Positions 22,189 to 33,976 of a stretch of DNA of 64,000 bases are shown piece by piece. The translations under genes were made by a program, and so were the position numbers. The notes under the pieces were generated by a model, which worked only from the letters and a program-made list of their open reading frames with translations, was not told the origin of the DNA and searched no databases. This DNA comes from Calcarisporiella thermophila CBS 279.70 (taxonomy: Eukaryota > Fungi > Calcarisporiellomycota), in the NCBI RefSeq assembly GCF_041956535.1, contig NW_027192217.1, positions 348,797 through 412,796 of the forward strand. The letters run 5' to 3'. Every line of letters starts with the position of its first letter. Positions within the stretch are counted from its first letter, which is position 1.

Positions 22189-22827
22189 ATGAAATTCGTC
22201 ACTCTTCTGGTAACCTTTTTCGCCTTGGTTTCGCTTGTGTGCGCTATGGGATGGCAAGAAACCACCCTGGATGCCGCCACTGTTGGCCATAGCTTCCAAA
22301 AGCGGTCCTTTTTTGAAAAGCGCGGTGAAAAGAAGGTCAAAAAGGGCGGTAAAAAGAAAGGCAAAAAAGGTGGCAACAAGAAAGGTGGGCAAGGCGGCGG
22401 ACCCCAGCGCGGCACTTGGTATTCTGGCAACGACCTTAAGAATTCCTACTGCTATGGTATTGACGGCAAAGGCAGCTATAACGCTAAAGATACCGATATG
22501 ATTGCCGCTATGAAGAATATCGGTGGAATGTGCTTCAAATGCCTGGCCGTGAAGGGTGGCAATAACACCAATGGCAAGACTATTGTTGTTAAGGTAAACA
22601 ATCTTTCTCGCTATCGCGGAAGCTTGTTCTGGATAAATTTTTACAAGGTTACTAAGCGGCACGTTATGCCCCTTTAGGTCATCGATAAGTGCGGAGGTTG
22701 CAAGAATGGAAATGACGTTGACCTGACAAAGTCCGCGTTTTCCCAACTCGCCTCTCTTGGAAAAGGCGTGATCGGGATCTCTTGGCGCGTAGTGCGTTGC
22801 CCAGCAAATGGCCGCTTCCCGAAATAA
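22189..22827 (+). CDS. Secreted RlpA-like DPBB / expansin-(loosenin)-like protein
   Basis: Signal peptide, KR site, K/G-rich linker, GTWY...DMIAA...CFKCL...IVVK|VIDKCGGC..DVDLT.SAF; intron 22594-22677. Confidence 0.85.
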
Positions 22828-23331
22828 ACCTTTCAACATCTCAATATTAGAAACAACCCGTTCTTTCAACCATCTGAATCCGCTCTTTAGTTGGATTGTA
22901 TTAATGCTTTCCCGTGTAATTTGTTCTTTTTCGCCTTTTATCTAATAACCTATATATCTCTCCACATACTTAAAATATTCGATTTTCTCTCTGTCGCTCG
23001 TTTTCTAATTCTTTTCTTTGGAAGAACCGGTTGAAACAGTATACAAATTTATAAAAATAAAAAAAATGAAAGATTACAGGCTCGCGTAGAACTTTATTTC
23101 TCTAGTATTATATATAACTATTAAAACTATGAAAAAATTCGAACTTTTAGCAATTTCAACATACTGGCAATCAAAAGGAAGTTTGATAAGGCTTAGAGTT
23201 GGATTGCCACAGCATTGATTCCTCGATAAGTGTGGGAAGAAGTGGTATAATTTTTAGCCACAGCAAGTTTCCATATAATTTTTTCTCTTTACTCAGATTT
23301 CACATCTCCCAGGATAATAGATCATTTTACT

Positions 23332-24416
23332 ATGAGCCATACGTCTCCTCTAATAGAGGGTAAAATCTAGCCTCATCTTAATTATCAATCATTTTATTTA
23401 AAGCGGTTCAATTTAGTTTGCGTTGACTCTACCGAATCAGCGCAAATTGCAGAACGTGCAGGAGCAGATCGGATCGTATTAGTAGATGGAATGGTGGAAG
23501 GTGGAACTACCCCGAGTGCTGGTAGCATCTCTATATCAATTCGTGAAAATAAATTAGTGCAAAAGGTAATAGGTTATATATAATCTAATTTACAGGCATG
23601 ATATCCGTTTGTCGTAAAAATATCAATACGCCTATTCTCGTTATGATCCGCCCTCGATCCTCAGATTTTTGCTATAGTGATGCTGAATTTGAAGCTATGA
23701 AATATGATATTGAAATGGCCAAATCACTGGGAGCCTATGGCGTTGTTTTGGGGGTTTTAACTAAAGAAGGCGCTGTGGATATTGAGCGGACAAAAATGTA
23801 AGCATGCAAACTGAGCTCTTAATTATAACACTCTTACCTGGAGTATCAATGTAGTTTAGTTAACTGTGCAAGACCGCTGCAGGTGACTTTCAATAGGGCA
23901 TTTGACGTATGTCAAGATCCGAATCAAGCATTAGAAGATCTTATATCATTAGGTGTCCAACGCGTCATGACCAGGTAAAAAACGACTTATTTCGATTTTT
24001 TATTCAACCCCATTCTCAAAGGCACCATATTAGTGGACAAGCAGAGACAGCTTATGATGGGATGGATATGATTGCCAAACTAGTCGAGAGAGCTAAGGGC
24101 AGAATTACAATAGTTGCATGTGCAGGTAATATCCACGCCATTCCTTTCATTTTGCTCCAGAGCCATCCGTCTTATCCCAATATTTTTTTTTTGGGGGGGG
24201 GAATTCTTTAAAGGGATTCATGAACGGAATATAAAGAAGATTCTCGCTCAAACCGGTGCCATCGACGCTCATGTTTCACTCTACGAAACATATCCCTCTA
24301 CAATGACCCACCGTCGTGCCGAGATTTATATGGGTGGCGCAGTGAGCGGTTCACCATACCAGCGGAGAGGAACAAGCGAGGAGAAGATAAGGAAGATAAT
24401 GAATAATGCCCATTGA
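23332..24416 (+). CDS. cutC: Copper homeostasis protein CutC-like, multi-exon
   Basis: EVCVDS...GADRI...EGGTTPS, VMIRPR..DFCYS, VTFNRAFD. Confidence 0.88.
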
Positions 24417-25931
24417 TCTTCTTCTATTTCTATGAGCAGATTAATTTTATTTATATATATATATATATACATCATTTTTATTACGGTGTAAGTTCTATTT
24501 CCCCTAGCTTCTCTTTAAATTCATATGCACATTTTCTTCTGCCAAAAGCTGTCTAGCCACGGCATATCCATATAGGTTAAATCCTATTTCTTTCTTTTAA
24601 TAACTATCAAACTTCATCGTGTTATCTAATACAATGATAGTTTAATTTCGCTAGAGTTCACTCCTTAATTGGATTAATATTCCGTGAAGACGAGCAGAGG
24701 ACTATCGATATAGTTCTTGACTCAATCGATGAAAGGAGAGTTTTTGAGGCTTTTTCATCTCATTTTATGCGCATATATCTATGAATGAATTGGATCAGGA
24801 GAGATTTATTTTTCTCAGTATTTATTTAGCGTAGTCGTCATTCTTCGCCCTATTACACTTCATTCTGTTCAGGCACTAGGGGCTCTATTAGGCTTGGCTT
24901 GAAAACTTGCCGCCACTAGCTTGTCATTTACCCTTTCTTTGGAGACGTCGAACAAACTCAGGCTTTTAAGTCGGTAATATAATTCCTCAACTATATCGTT
25001 CGAACCTTACTTTTCGTTGAGAGTTGAAACAGACCTACACTTTTTATGGTATACAAATTTGCTTTTCGCTCCCTCTGCCCCAATTTTTATATCTTCTTTG
25101 TGTACTCGTCCTTGATCTTGTTATTGTTTATTCATGGTTTGATTTATCATTAAACACTGCAGAGCAGGAGATTAGTCTGCAAACTTATATACTCTGACCT
25201 GAAGGGATCAAAGTGAAACTAATGAAGGGCATCTGCCGTCAGGAGAGTGTAGAAGTCCGCGGCATAAATAGAAGTCTTCAATAGCGTTCTTGAAACAACT
25301 GACCTCTTCATCAAACCGCGGAAAGAAATAGAAAAAATATCCTACGCTTATCAGTGAGTAAAAATGGTGGCTTTCTCTTGTTTATACACCTTTTTATGGG
25401 CATTACGTACACGTTTTCACCATCGCAGCCCCCCATTTACCCATTATTATTAGTATATGTTTTGGTGCCAACCACTATGGCTCTTTCATCTGTTTTTGAT
25501 GGATTCCTATGCAAAGGTTTCATTGTTCTGTTTATCTGCTTTGTTTTATCCGTTTTTATTTTCATTGTTTTTATTTCACACAAACTGTGAAGGTACTCGT
25601 TTCACCAAACACTGGCACTGAGCTCTGATTTGCCTAGAATCTGAGGGGCGTGTACCCCACCGGTAATGATCATTTATATGGACAAATATGGCCGGCCTGT
25701 TCTGTCTGTCCACTTTTTCTTCTTTATTCAATCGATGTTTATTTTCAATACAGAAACTTTTTTTTTGTTGAAAGGAAAACAAAACAACTATTACCTCAGT
25801 TATAAAAGGTGGATTAAGGAATATTGAACAAACAATTCCCACTGAGCTCTACTACTCTATCATACCCACCGCCATTCTTGATTCTTTTGTAATTCCCTCT
25901 ACATTAAGATCATTAACATCTCGTGATCAAA

Positions 25932-27271
25932 ATGTCTTTACTTACGCTCTTGAAGTTACTTATTGGTGCGACACTGACGGCTGCGAGCGTCCTAGATCAC
26001 CATGGGGACCACGCATCTCTAGAAGGTGAGCCGTATAATTCGCCCCCCTCAAAACAATAAAATTTTAACCCAATGTGCTTCACTCAATCAGACCATTTTG
26101 TAGAGTGTCAAACAACGGCCATTCGTGACGATAAGCTTAACCTGCGTATTGCCAGTTTTTTCATCATCCTTATTGTGAGCACGGTAGGGGTATTTTCCCC
26201 CATCCTTTTGAAGAAGAAGAGCTCGATTGTCACTATCGAGCGGATCTTGACTGTGGGAAAATTCTTTGGCATAGGAGTAATCTTAAGCACAGCGTAAGTT
26301 CTTTGATGAACCTCCTCTTCCCCTTTCTAACTGCTTTAATGACATGAGAAAATACCTTATCTATTGACATGTTGATACCTGTATAATTTTTAGGTTTGTC
26401 CACATGCTTGAAGAATCGTTTAATAGTTTCAAGAGTCCATGTGTCCCAACAGAATTCCAGGGTTTTGAGGCTTGGGCTTCCGTATTTTGCATGATCGCCA
26501 TAATGGTTTTCCAACTTATCGAGTTCCTCGCTATTGAGCATGTGGAGAAATCAGGGTTACGGAATGCTCATGCACAAAACCCAACCACATCTCATGAAGT
26601 TCATAATCAATTAACACCGGTCAAAGAGTCCAATTCTCCTCTGCAGCATTACCATGGAGCGGGCTTTCTGGAATCTCAGGAATTAACGAAAAACATTAGT
26701 ACATTAATGCTTGAGCTGGGGATAGTTTTACATTCAGTAGTGGCCGGCATTGCCGTTGGAATAGTATCCAGTGAGAACCAAGTAAGTTTACTTGTTGCAG
26801 TCTGCTTTCATCAGGTAAGTTTCCTGCATTTTATAATTCGATATAATCCTATTATTTTATAACTTACTCACCTCTTCTTAATTGATCTTTTTAATGCGCT
26901 GATTCCATTTATTTCAGTTCTTCGAAGGAATTGCTCTTGGCACAAGAATCGCTGAACTGACTTTCCACAGAATCCTTAAATCTGCCCTTCTTGGCCTTGC
27001 ATTCTCCTTAACAGCGCCATTGGGGGTTGCCATAGGAATTGGTGTACGCGATACGTACAACGGAAACTATGGAGTTGGGCTTATAATCCAGGCGATTTTT
27101 AACTCATTTGCGGCTGGGCTCTTGCTGTACTCTGCTTTTGTGGGATTAATTGCAATGGAGATCAACTATAATTATGTATTCAAGCAACAGAGTCGCTTGT
27201 TCAAGTCCGTGTGCTTCGCCGCACTCTACATAGGGATTATCATGATGACAGTGATAGCTAAATGGGTGTAA
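25932..27271 (+). CDS. ZIP-family zinc/iron permease (Zrt1/Zrt2-like)
   Basis: KFFGIGVILSTA-FVHML, LELGIVLHSV, FHQ-FFEGIALG. Confidence 0.9.
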
Positions 27272-27563
27272 TGGATGAACGAGTATGTTCTCGAGCCTTT
27301 TATGTTGCCACCTCATCTTTATATTCGAGTTTATTATTTTTCTTGATTCCCTTTCTCGGCCCTCTTCTCTTTCTCCACGCTTTCTCTTCTATCTTATGTT
27401 ACTATTATAATTATGCTGTACTATTAATTTTTTTTTTTAGTATTTATATCACACACATGCAATTCTATGTCTCTTGTTTGGAAATTAGGAATATTGAATG
27501 CAATATATAGTGAAATTAGTAATATACAAAATCTGGAAATAAACACAACTTTTAGTTTATCTT

Positions 27564-28718
27564 CTAAACACTTTCAGCCTCCTCCTGCCGCTTTATCTCC
27601 CGTGTCAATTTATCTCTCTCTGCTTGCCGCATCCGCATTAATGTGATGGCCTCATAATCACTGTTGAATATGTCAGGAGCACTACTAAATTGTGGCGGGG
27701 CAGGGAAAGATGATGCGGAAGGCGGATTCAAAGGAGGTTTAGAGGCAATCGACGGCGCAGACTTTTGAGGAGAGAGTGGAGTCTCTATTGATGCCGAAGC
27801 AATAGGAACTGTATTTTGGTTCTGGTTGGAGGTGGTGCGAGCAGCGTTAAGTTTCTGTACCACTTCAGGTTCCACTCCAGATGCCCAGCCAATTTCTGTG
27901 AATGGAGTGAGAGTAGGGTCTCGTCCACGTCGAGTCATTAAGTGATGAGCAGCAACTATTGTCTTGAATACAACAAGCGCAGAACCGCCCTTCTTGGCCG
28001 AAATGGCCACGGCTTCTATCTCGCCATAATTTGCCAATATTTGTGAGATATCTGCTTGAGAAAAAGTGTGGTCTTTCTTTTTCCAACGCATTTTGAGGGT
28101 TCGATCAAGCTCGGAAACAGATTCGAATGCAGACGATTTTGCACGAGCTTCAGCAGCAATTCGTGATTCTTCCTCCTCCTCACGTTTACGAAGTTTCTCT
28201 GTCCTCAATCTATAAATCTGCAAAAAGATAAACCCGATAAGATCTGGAGAAGCATAATATCAGATAGTTCAATTGAATTCACTTACTTCAGCTTGGATTT
28301 GAGCATCTTCCTGGGCGGATTCTTCCCTTCTACGTTTCGCTTCTCTTTCTTTCTCCTCTAAATCAACTTTCATCTGTCGTCGCTTGATATCTAGCTTCTG
28401 TGTTTTCTGCTTTCTGGCGGCTCTTGCTTTTAAAACATTATCATACTCCAATTTCTTTTGAGCATCGGTGAGAGTCTCATATGCTTTCGTTAGTTGATGA
28501 AAGATTTTGACTAATATAGGAGGGAAAAGTCAGTAATCTAATGTATACAATAATAGGTAAGAATTGCGATCAAACTCACCTGCTTCGCCTTCGTCTTTGT
28601 TTTTATCAGGATGGTATTTCAAAGCCTTAAGGCGGTATGCTTTTGAGATTTCTTTTGAAGTAGAATTGTATGTGACCCCCAATAATTCATAATAATCTAC
28701 ATGATCTTCGTTATCCAT
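27564..28718 (-). CDS. DnaJ protein DNAJC17/Cwf23-like (J domain + RRM-like)
   Basis: [13 protein letters not shown]; TLKMRW...YGEIE; C-terminal [14 protein letters not shown]. Confidence 0.85.
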
Positions 28719-29237
28719 CCTTGAGATCAAGTAAATTTTGAATCAGAATTGATCATAAATTCAGAATTTAGGAGAGGTAACTTCATAATAAATGTGGCGC
28801 AGTTTCAATTCAGTCGAATGTTAATATCCAAATTTTATCGGTTATAATGATGATTGTCGAAGCATTGTATGAGAAAGATAGTTACTATCAAAAGATTTGC
28901 TATAATTGTCTTCTTTTGGGAATTTTGTTCCTAAACATAATGAAGCTTCTATCGGACATAGACCCAAATATTATGGCAAAATCACTTTGCTGAGGAATCC
29001 AATTATTTAAATCGTCTCTCGCTTGGTAAGCCTTGGTAGTATGGTAAGAAAGTATAGGGGTAACCACTAGACTAAACAAACTTGTTTCATATCAAGTTTC
29101 GCTACACATTTATTTTGCAAAATGATAATAAAAAGCGGGGGTAAATGACGACACTAAGAATACGAAAAAATTATGCGCTCTATAAGTTCACTACGAGTTC
29201 GCTACTCATGAATACATTCTATACATATATGCTACAT

Positions 29238-29971
29238 TCACGAGTCTTTCTCTGTCTTTTCTACTACTTTCTGCTGTTTTGTCCATAATTTCGCACGTGC
29301 ATTCCTCAAATTCCTCTCTGCTCGGTCACACCCGTATTCCACGGCACGTTCGTAGTTTTCTACAGCACGCTCCAGTTCTCCTCGCGCATCTAACACACAT
29401 GCCAAGTTATACCGTAGCTCTCCATCCCGTGGGCTCAGCTCCACTGCCTTAACACAGTGCTCCATGGCCTGATTAAGTTTCCCTTGAACGGCATATGCTG
29501 TGCCCAAGTTCGCATGAGCGTCTACCTGGTTCGGAGACAATTCTAAAGATCGATGTAATGATCGGATAGCATCATCATGTCTTCCAAGTTGGAAATAGCA
29601 GACACCCATGTTGTAGTATCCTGTGGAAGTAGGATGTGTCTGTACACTTGCATGATAAGCATCCATGGCCTGGGCGATCATTCCCTTGGAGAGCAGATCT
29701 GTACCCTTCTCAATGTGTTTCTGAGCACGATCAAGCGAAGCGAGCGTTTCGGGGACATCTCGCGCATCTGTTGCGTAATTTACTCGAGCTAATGCATTAT
29801 AAATATTTAAATAAAAAGTCGAATGTCTAGATTGGTGATTAAATATAGACAAAGTTGCTTACCAAATCGAAGAGCAAGCGAAGTGGGTGCGCGAACAACC
29901 TCTGATGGTCTTATCAAAAACCGATTGTATAGCGGTTTGATCGCGGCTCTAGCGATGTGTCTACTGAACAT
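29238..29971 (-). CDS. TPR-repeat protein, probable mitochondrial presequence
   Basis: MFSRHIARAAIKP... start; YYNMGVCY, AHANLG, LRYNLA TPR helices; one intron. Confidence 0.8.
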
Positions 29972-30276
29972 GATTATGAATATTACTCGAATAAAAGCAA
30001 AACCGAAAATAGAATAACACAAATTGATTGCGTCACGAATTTATATGGATGCAAATGATAATTTATTTTACAATGTATATAGAGGAGAGATGTGATTGTA
30101 TAAATATGGCTGGGAGGTAAATAAACAACAACAGCTCGTAGCAGGCTCCATATGCTAAATGTCCTATAATGCAAGGTGAAATGCCCGGTATATATCGAAC
30201 CCCGTTATATGAAAAATGCATAAAATAAAATAAAATAATGAAATATGCTTAATGAATCCCCAATGTGGTTATATAT

Positions 30277-31131
30277 CTACGGTCTTTTTTTTTGGTTTTC
30301 ACCGTCCTCATGTTGAATTGTCCCAGATGATGAAGCACCAGTTCGTATCAGTTGTCTTTTTTTTTTTCGTCTTACGAAACTAGGGAGAAGAAATATAGGA
30401 AGGAGCTATTGAAAAAAAAAAACGCATTAGGTTAACAGGCGAATTGGCAGGCCAGTATGTGTAGATTTAACCAGGTGAAGCCAGGTTCGCATCGTAAATA
30501 TTAAAGGGCTCAGTGAAACCTGATGCGACTGCAGTTGCATAGCCAGATCCCATCGCGTGCCCCATGTGTTGTATAAATATGGCTAGACGATACCTCCCAC
30601 TTAGTCGCACACATAAGTCAGAGAAAGTGAAGAAAACACCCCTCCGGTTGTAGGAATCGCGCCGACGCGTAGGACTGGAGACTAGTGTTCCCATAAGGAG
30701 ATTCTTATAGTATCCGTCGACATATACAGAGTCATATCGCTGAGTGCCATCTTCGGTGTAAATATAGACATAGGCAACAAGAAGATCGCTGATCGATTCT
30801 GGGATACTTTTCGGAATTATTGATAGATTTGTTCATTGTTTACTGACTCATGTATCATGTCTTGGCTGAAATTTTATATATACGCCTTAATAAAGACTTA
30901 CTCTGCCTCTTCTTGCCCGTAAGAGTTTAGAAAACACTGCACAACCAAAGGAGGGTTCAGCCGATACTCCTCTGCTGCTGAGTCGTTGTTCCGTATCGCA
31001 TACCCAGAAGTAGGCTGCTGGATTACTCTTATATAATAGCTTCACAAAGAAAATAATCAGATATTTCAGATAGGTCGGGCGTGTCTGAATAGTCTTGAGA
31101 GAAATGACATGAGTCCTCATTACCTTGACAT
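30277..31131 (-). CDS. Small divergent velvet-domain protein (spliced, mostly missed by the ORF track)
   Basis: YYIRVIQQP...YRLNPPLVVQ...NLLMGTLVSS...GVFFTFSDLCVRLSGRYRL...TEPFNIY; last exon uncertain. Confidence 0.75.
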
Positions 31132-32350
31132 TATGTTCTAAAAAATACCTTATTATATGGAATAAGTGCGAAAAGGCAGGTGAGCAACCAAAATATTTAA
31201 CGGTTAAGAAAAAATATATATATGTTAGTTGGAAAGGGGGGAGAGGAGAAAAGAGAGAAACGGATTTATTTTATACCTGGGCTTCTTTTTATTATTTTGA
31301 AGATATACACGATTAAATCAATTAAAGTTCAGCTTCATCTTCATGGAGAGAATACAATTTTTTTGCGTTTACACTATGGGGAAAAAAACTTCTATTTTAT
31401 TTACGATTAATATACAGCAAGCATATGACTTAGGGGATTGTACCTTGTTGCCAACAGTATACTCAGAGAGCCCGATTTTTAATCAAGTATTGTAGACAAA
31501 AGCTTTGCCCGCTGTAGTTTAATGCCTCCTTGGCTATGAGATGGTGATTTAGATCTCAATTTGCTATCTTCATATGCAACTGCGGAAGAGTCAAAAGTTA
31601 ACCCTTATTGCTTTACTCAACTTAAGGTCACGTTTAGGCAAGCCCCGTACATTTATTTTCCGTCTATAGTGGACAACTCTCCCGCGCACGTCTCTATTTC
31701 GGGAAAAATAGAAATCGTACAAGAAAAAAAAAAACATAAAATGAGGTATGCTTCTCGTACAAGAGCAGCATCAACGCTATTTTGTTCCTATTGCGGGCTT
31801 CCTCGAAGTGCCGGGAAATCTCAAATAAAAATAAAAGAAAGAAACAGATTTCAGAATTTGTGTCCACGCCCGACAAACTCTATCTTTCTCGGATTGAGAA
31901 GCGGGGGGGGGGGGGGGTGGTGTAAATCATCGAGGCTGCGGCCCCTGCTGCTCCTCAATGCTTAGTTGATTAGTGTTCTCACGGAGATGAGTTTGAAATT
32001 GATTGATCCCGATTGATGAATGTGGCTTTTATACTCAGCATATAGATTACGCGATCCTGTCGTCATCGCGCAGAGCAGATCGGAAAGCACCACGGATTTT
32101 AGGGCAGTCGTATAAGCCAAGATGGGTTATGTTCAAATGATTTCTCTTCCTTATTAACAAAACAGTTTTCTTTTCTCTTATATACAAGAGTATTAAAACA
32201 CATCGAGAAAAAAACATTACTAAAAAACAGAAAATCCCAATAAAATATATATCAAAGAAATAAAATAACTGCAAATTCCCATAATATCCTGAAATATTCA
32301 TTACCGCAGTTGCTTTTTTATGTCTACTCAGCTAGAGCACGCGCTAACTC

Positions 32351-33976
32351 TCAGTTCCCAGTACGGAGAGAACGGCGACGTGACTGATCGGAGGCAGTTT
32401 TCGGATTGCTCATCAGCGGTAGTCGACGCCTTGGCAATTCAACGACTAAATATATTAAGCGAAAGGAATTTAATATCAAGGGATATTCTATATTGGGTTA
32501 GATTTAAAGATGCTTACCTATACGCTTCTTTTCCAAATTTTCCCGGCATTCAGGGCTGCAAAACCAAGGTCCTTCCCTTTCCACCTCTTGGTCCTCAATT
32601 CTTCCCGCAAAGCAGTTCTGGTGATAGGCCTTAGGGCACCCTTCGCATCTAACCAACACGTTTTCTTTCCAAGATTCACGGCGCTGACATCCACAGCAGA
32701 AGAGCTGCAGCACGGGTCGGTCACGGTCATGGATAGACTCACGGGCAAATTGTGTCAGGTCTAGTCGCGGCAGCTTACATACGAAGCCGTACCCTTTGTA
32801 GTCGCAACCGTGCTTGTTGCAGAGGGTTCGCTTTCCCCATGGGCCTGGGCGCCAGTTAACTCCTTCAGTAGTGCCACAGTAACGGCACCAGTCGAGCTTA
32901 GCTTTGGTGAGTTCTTGGAACAGGGTGGGAGAGCGAGTGGGCCGGGGAGGCGCAAGTTCAAGGCCGGACATGCTGTCGTAGCTTGATTGGGCCTCTTCCT
33001 CATCTTCTTCGTCGGACGAAAAGCACGCGAGTTCTTTCTTGGCCTTGGGCACAGCTTTGAATCCTCTTCGACCGCGCTTCCGCTTCCCCGTTGTTACCTC
33101 CTCCAATTCAGAATCAGAAGAGTCGATCTCCACTTCTCCCTCGAACGCAATGGTTTCCGGCTCCGCAATCGTCCTCGAAGCTGCTACCTCCACCTCTCTC
33201 TCGTTTTCTGTCTCCGTGTCTGATTCACTCTCCGAACCCAAGCCCAGATCGAACGTAGATTCCCACTGGTCACTCATCCGCCGCCGCTTGACTGCAGGTG
33301 AGAAGAAGGGAGAGTCCATCGCCGCCATGGAAGCATCAGGGGTAGAATATGCGCGGCGCGATTCAGGCTGGACCGAATGATATCCGAGCATGCTTGGATC
33401 TACCACGTTCAGATCCTCGAGAGAAGATGTGGAGGATAGCGTGATCCCAAGTCCGACAAGCTCACGCTTCTCGTCTGCCACTTCGCTCCAGTCCTCAAAA
33501 CCACTATTGAAAATCTCTAGTGAATCGCAAGGCGAGGGCAGCGTAGCCTGCTCGTACTGCGGCTGTGGCTGGCTCAGCTGCTGAAGATGAAAATGGGTTT
33601 GTGCGGGGTGGGCCGGAGGCGTCTGAGGGTCTAAGCACACCATTTCAGAGGGCTGGTGCTGAAGCCATTCCGAAGCTTCGTCTGCGGGAGGTGGCGTGAA
33701 GAACACATCGTTCCGGAGGGTTTTATCATAGAGCGCCGCTGTAGTGGTATGGAAACTTATCGTGCTATTGGATAGGGTGTGGTGAATGGGTGGCGGAGAA
33801 GGAAGAGGATATTGAGCCATTGTGTGGAAATGGGGTTTGCACACATTATCTCCCGTGAAATTCCGATAGGGTGGGCCGTAGTTGGTCAATGGCATTGAGG
33901 GGTGGTGTGCGGATTCCCCGAGGTAAGCTGTATCGGGCATACAGCCTGCGGGCATAATGAAAGGGGCGTTGACCAT
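32351..33976 (-). CDS. GATA-like zinc finger + PHD finger protein
   Basis: CRYCGTTEGVNWRPGPWGKRTLCNKHG; CCGC...CEGCPKAYHQNC...WFCSPEC; intron near 32518-32447. Confidence 0.82.
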
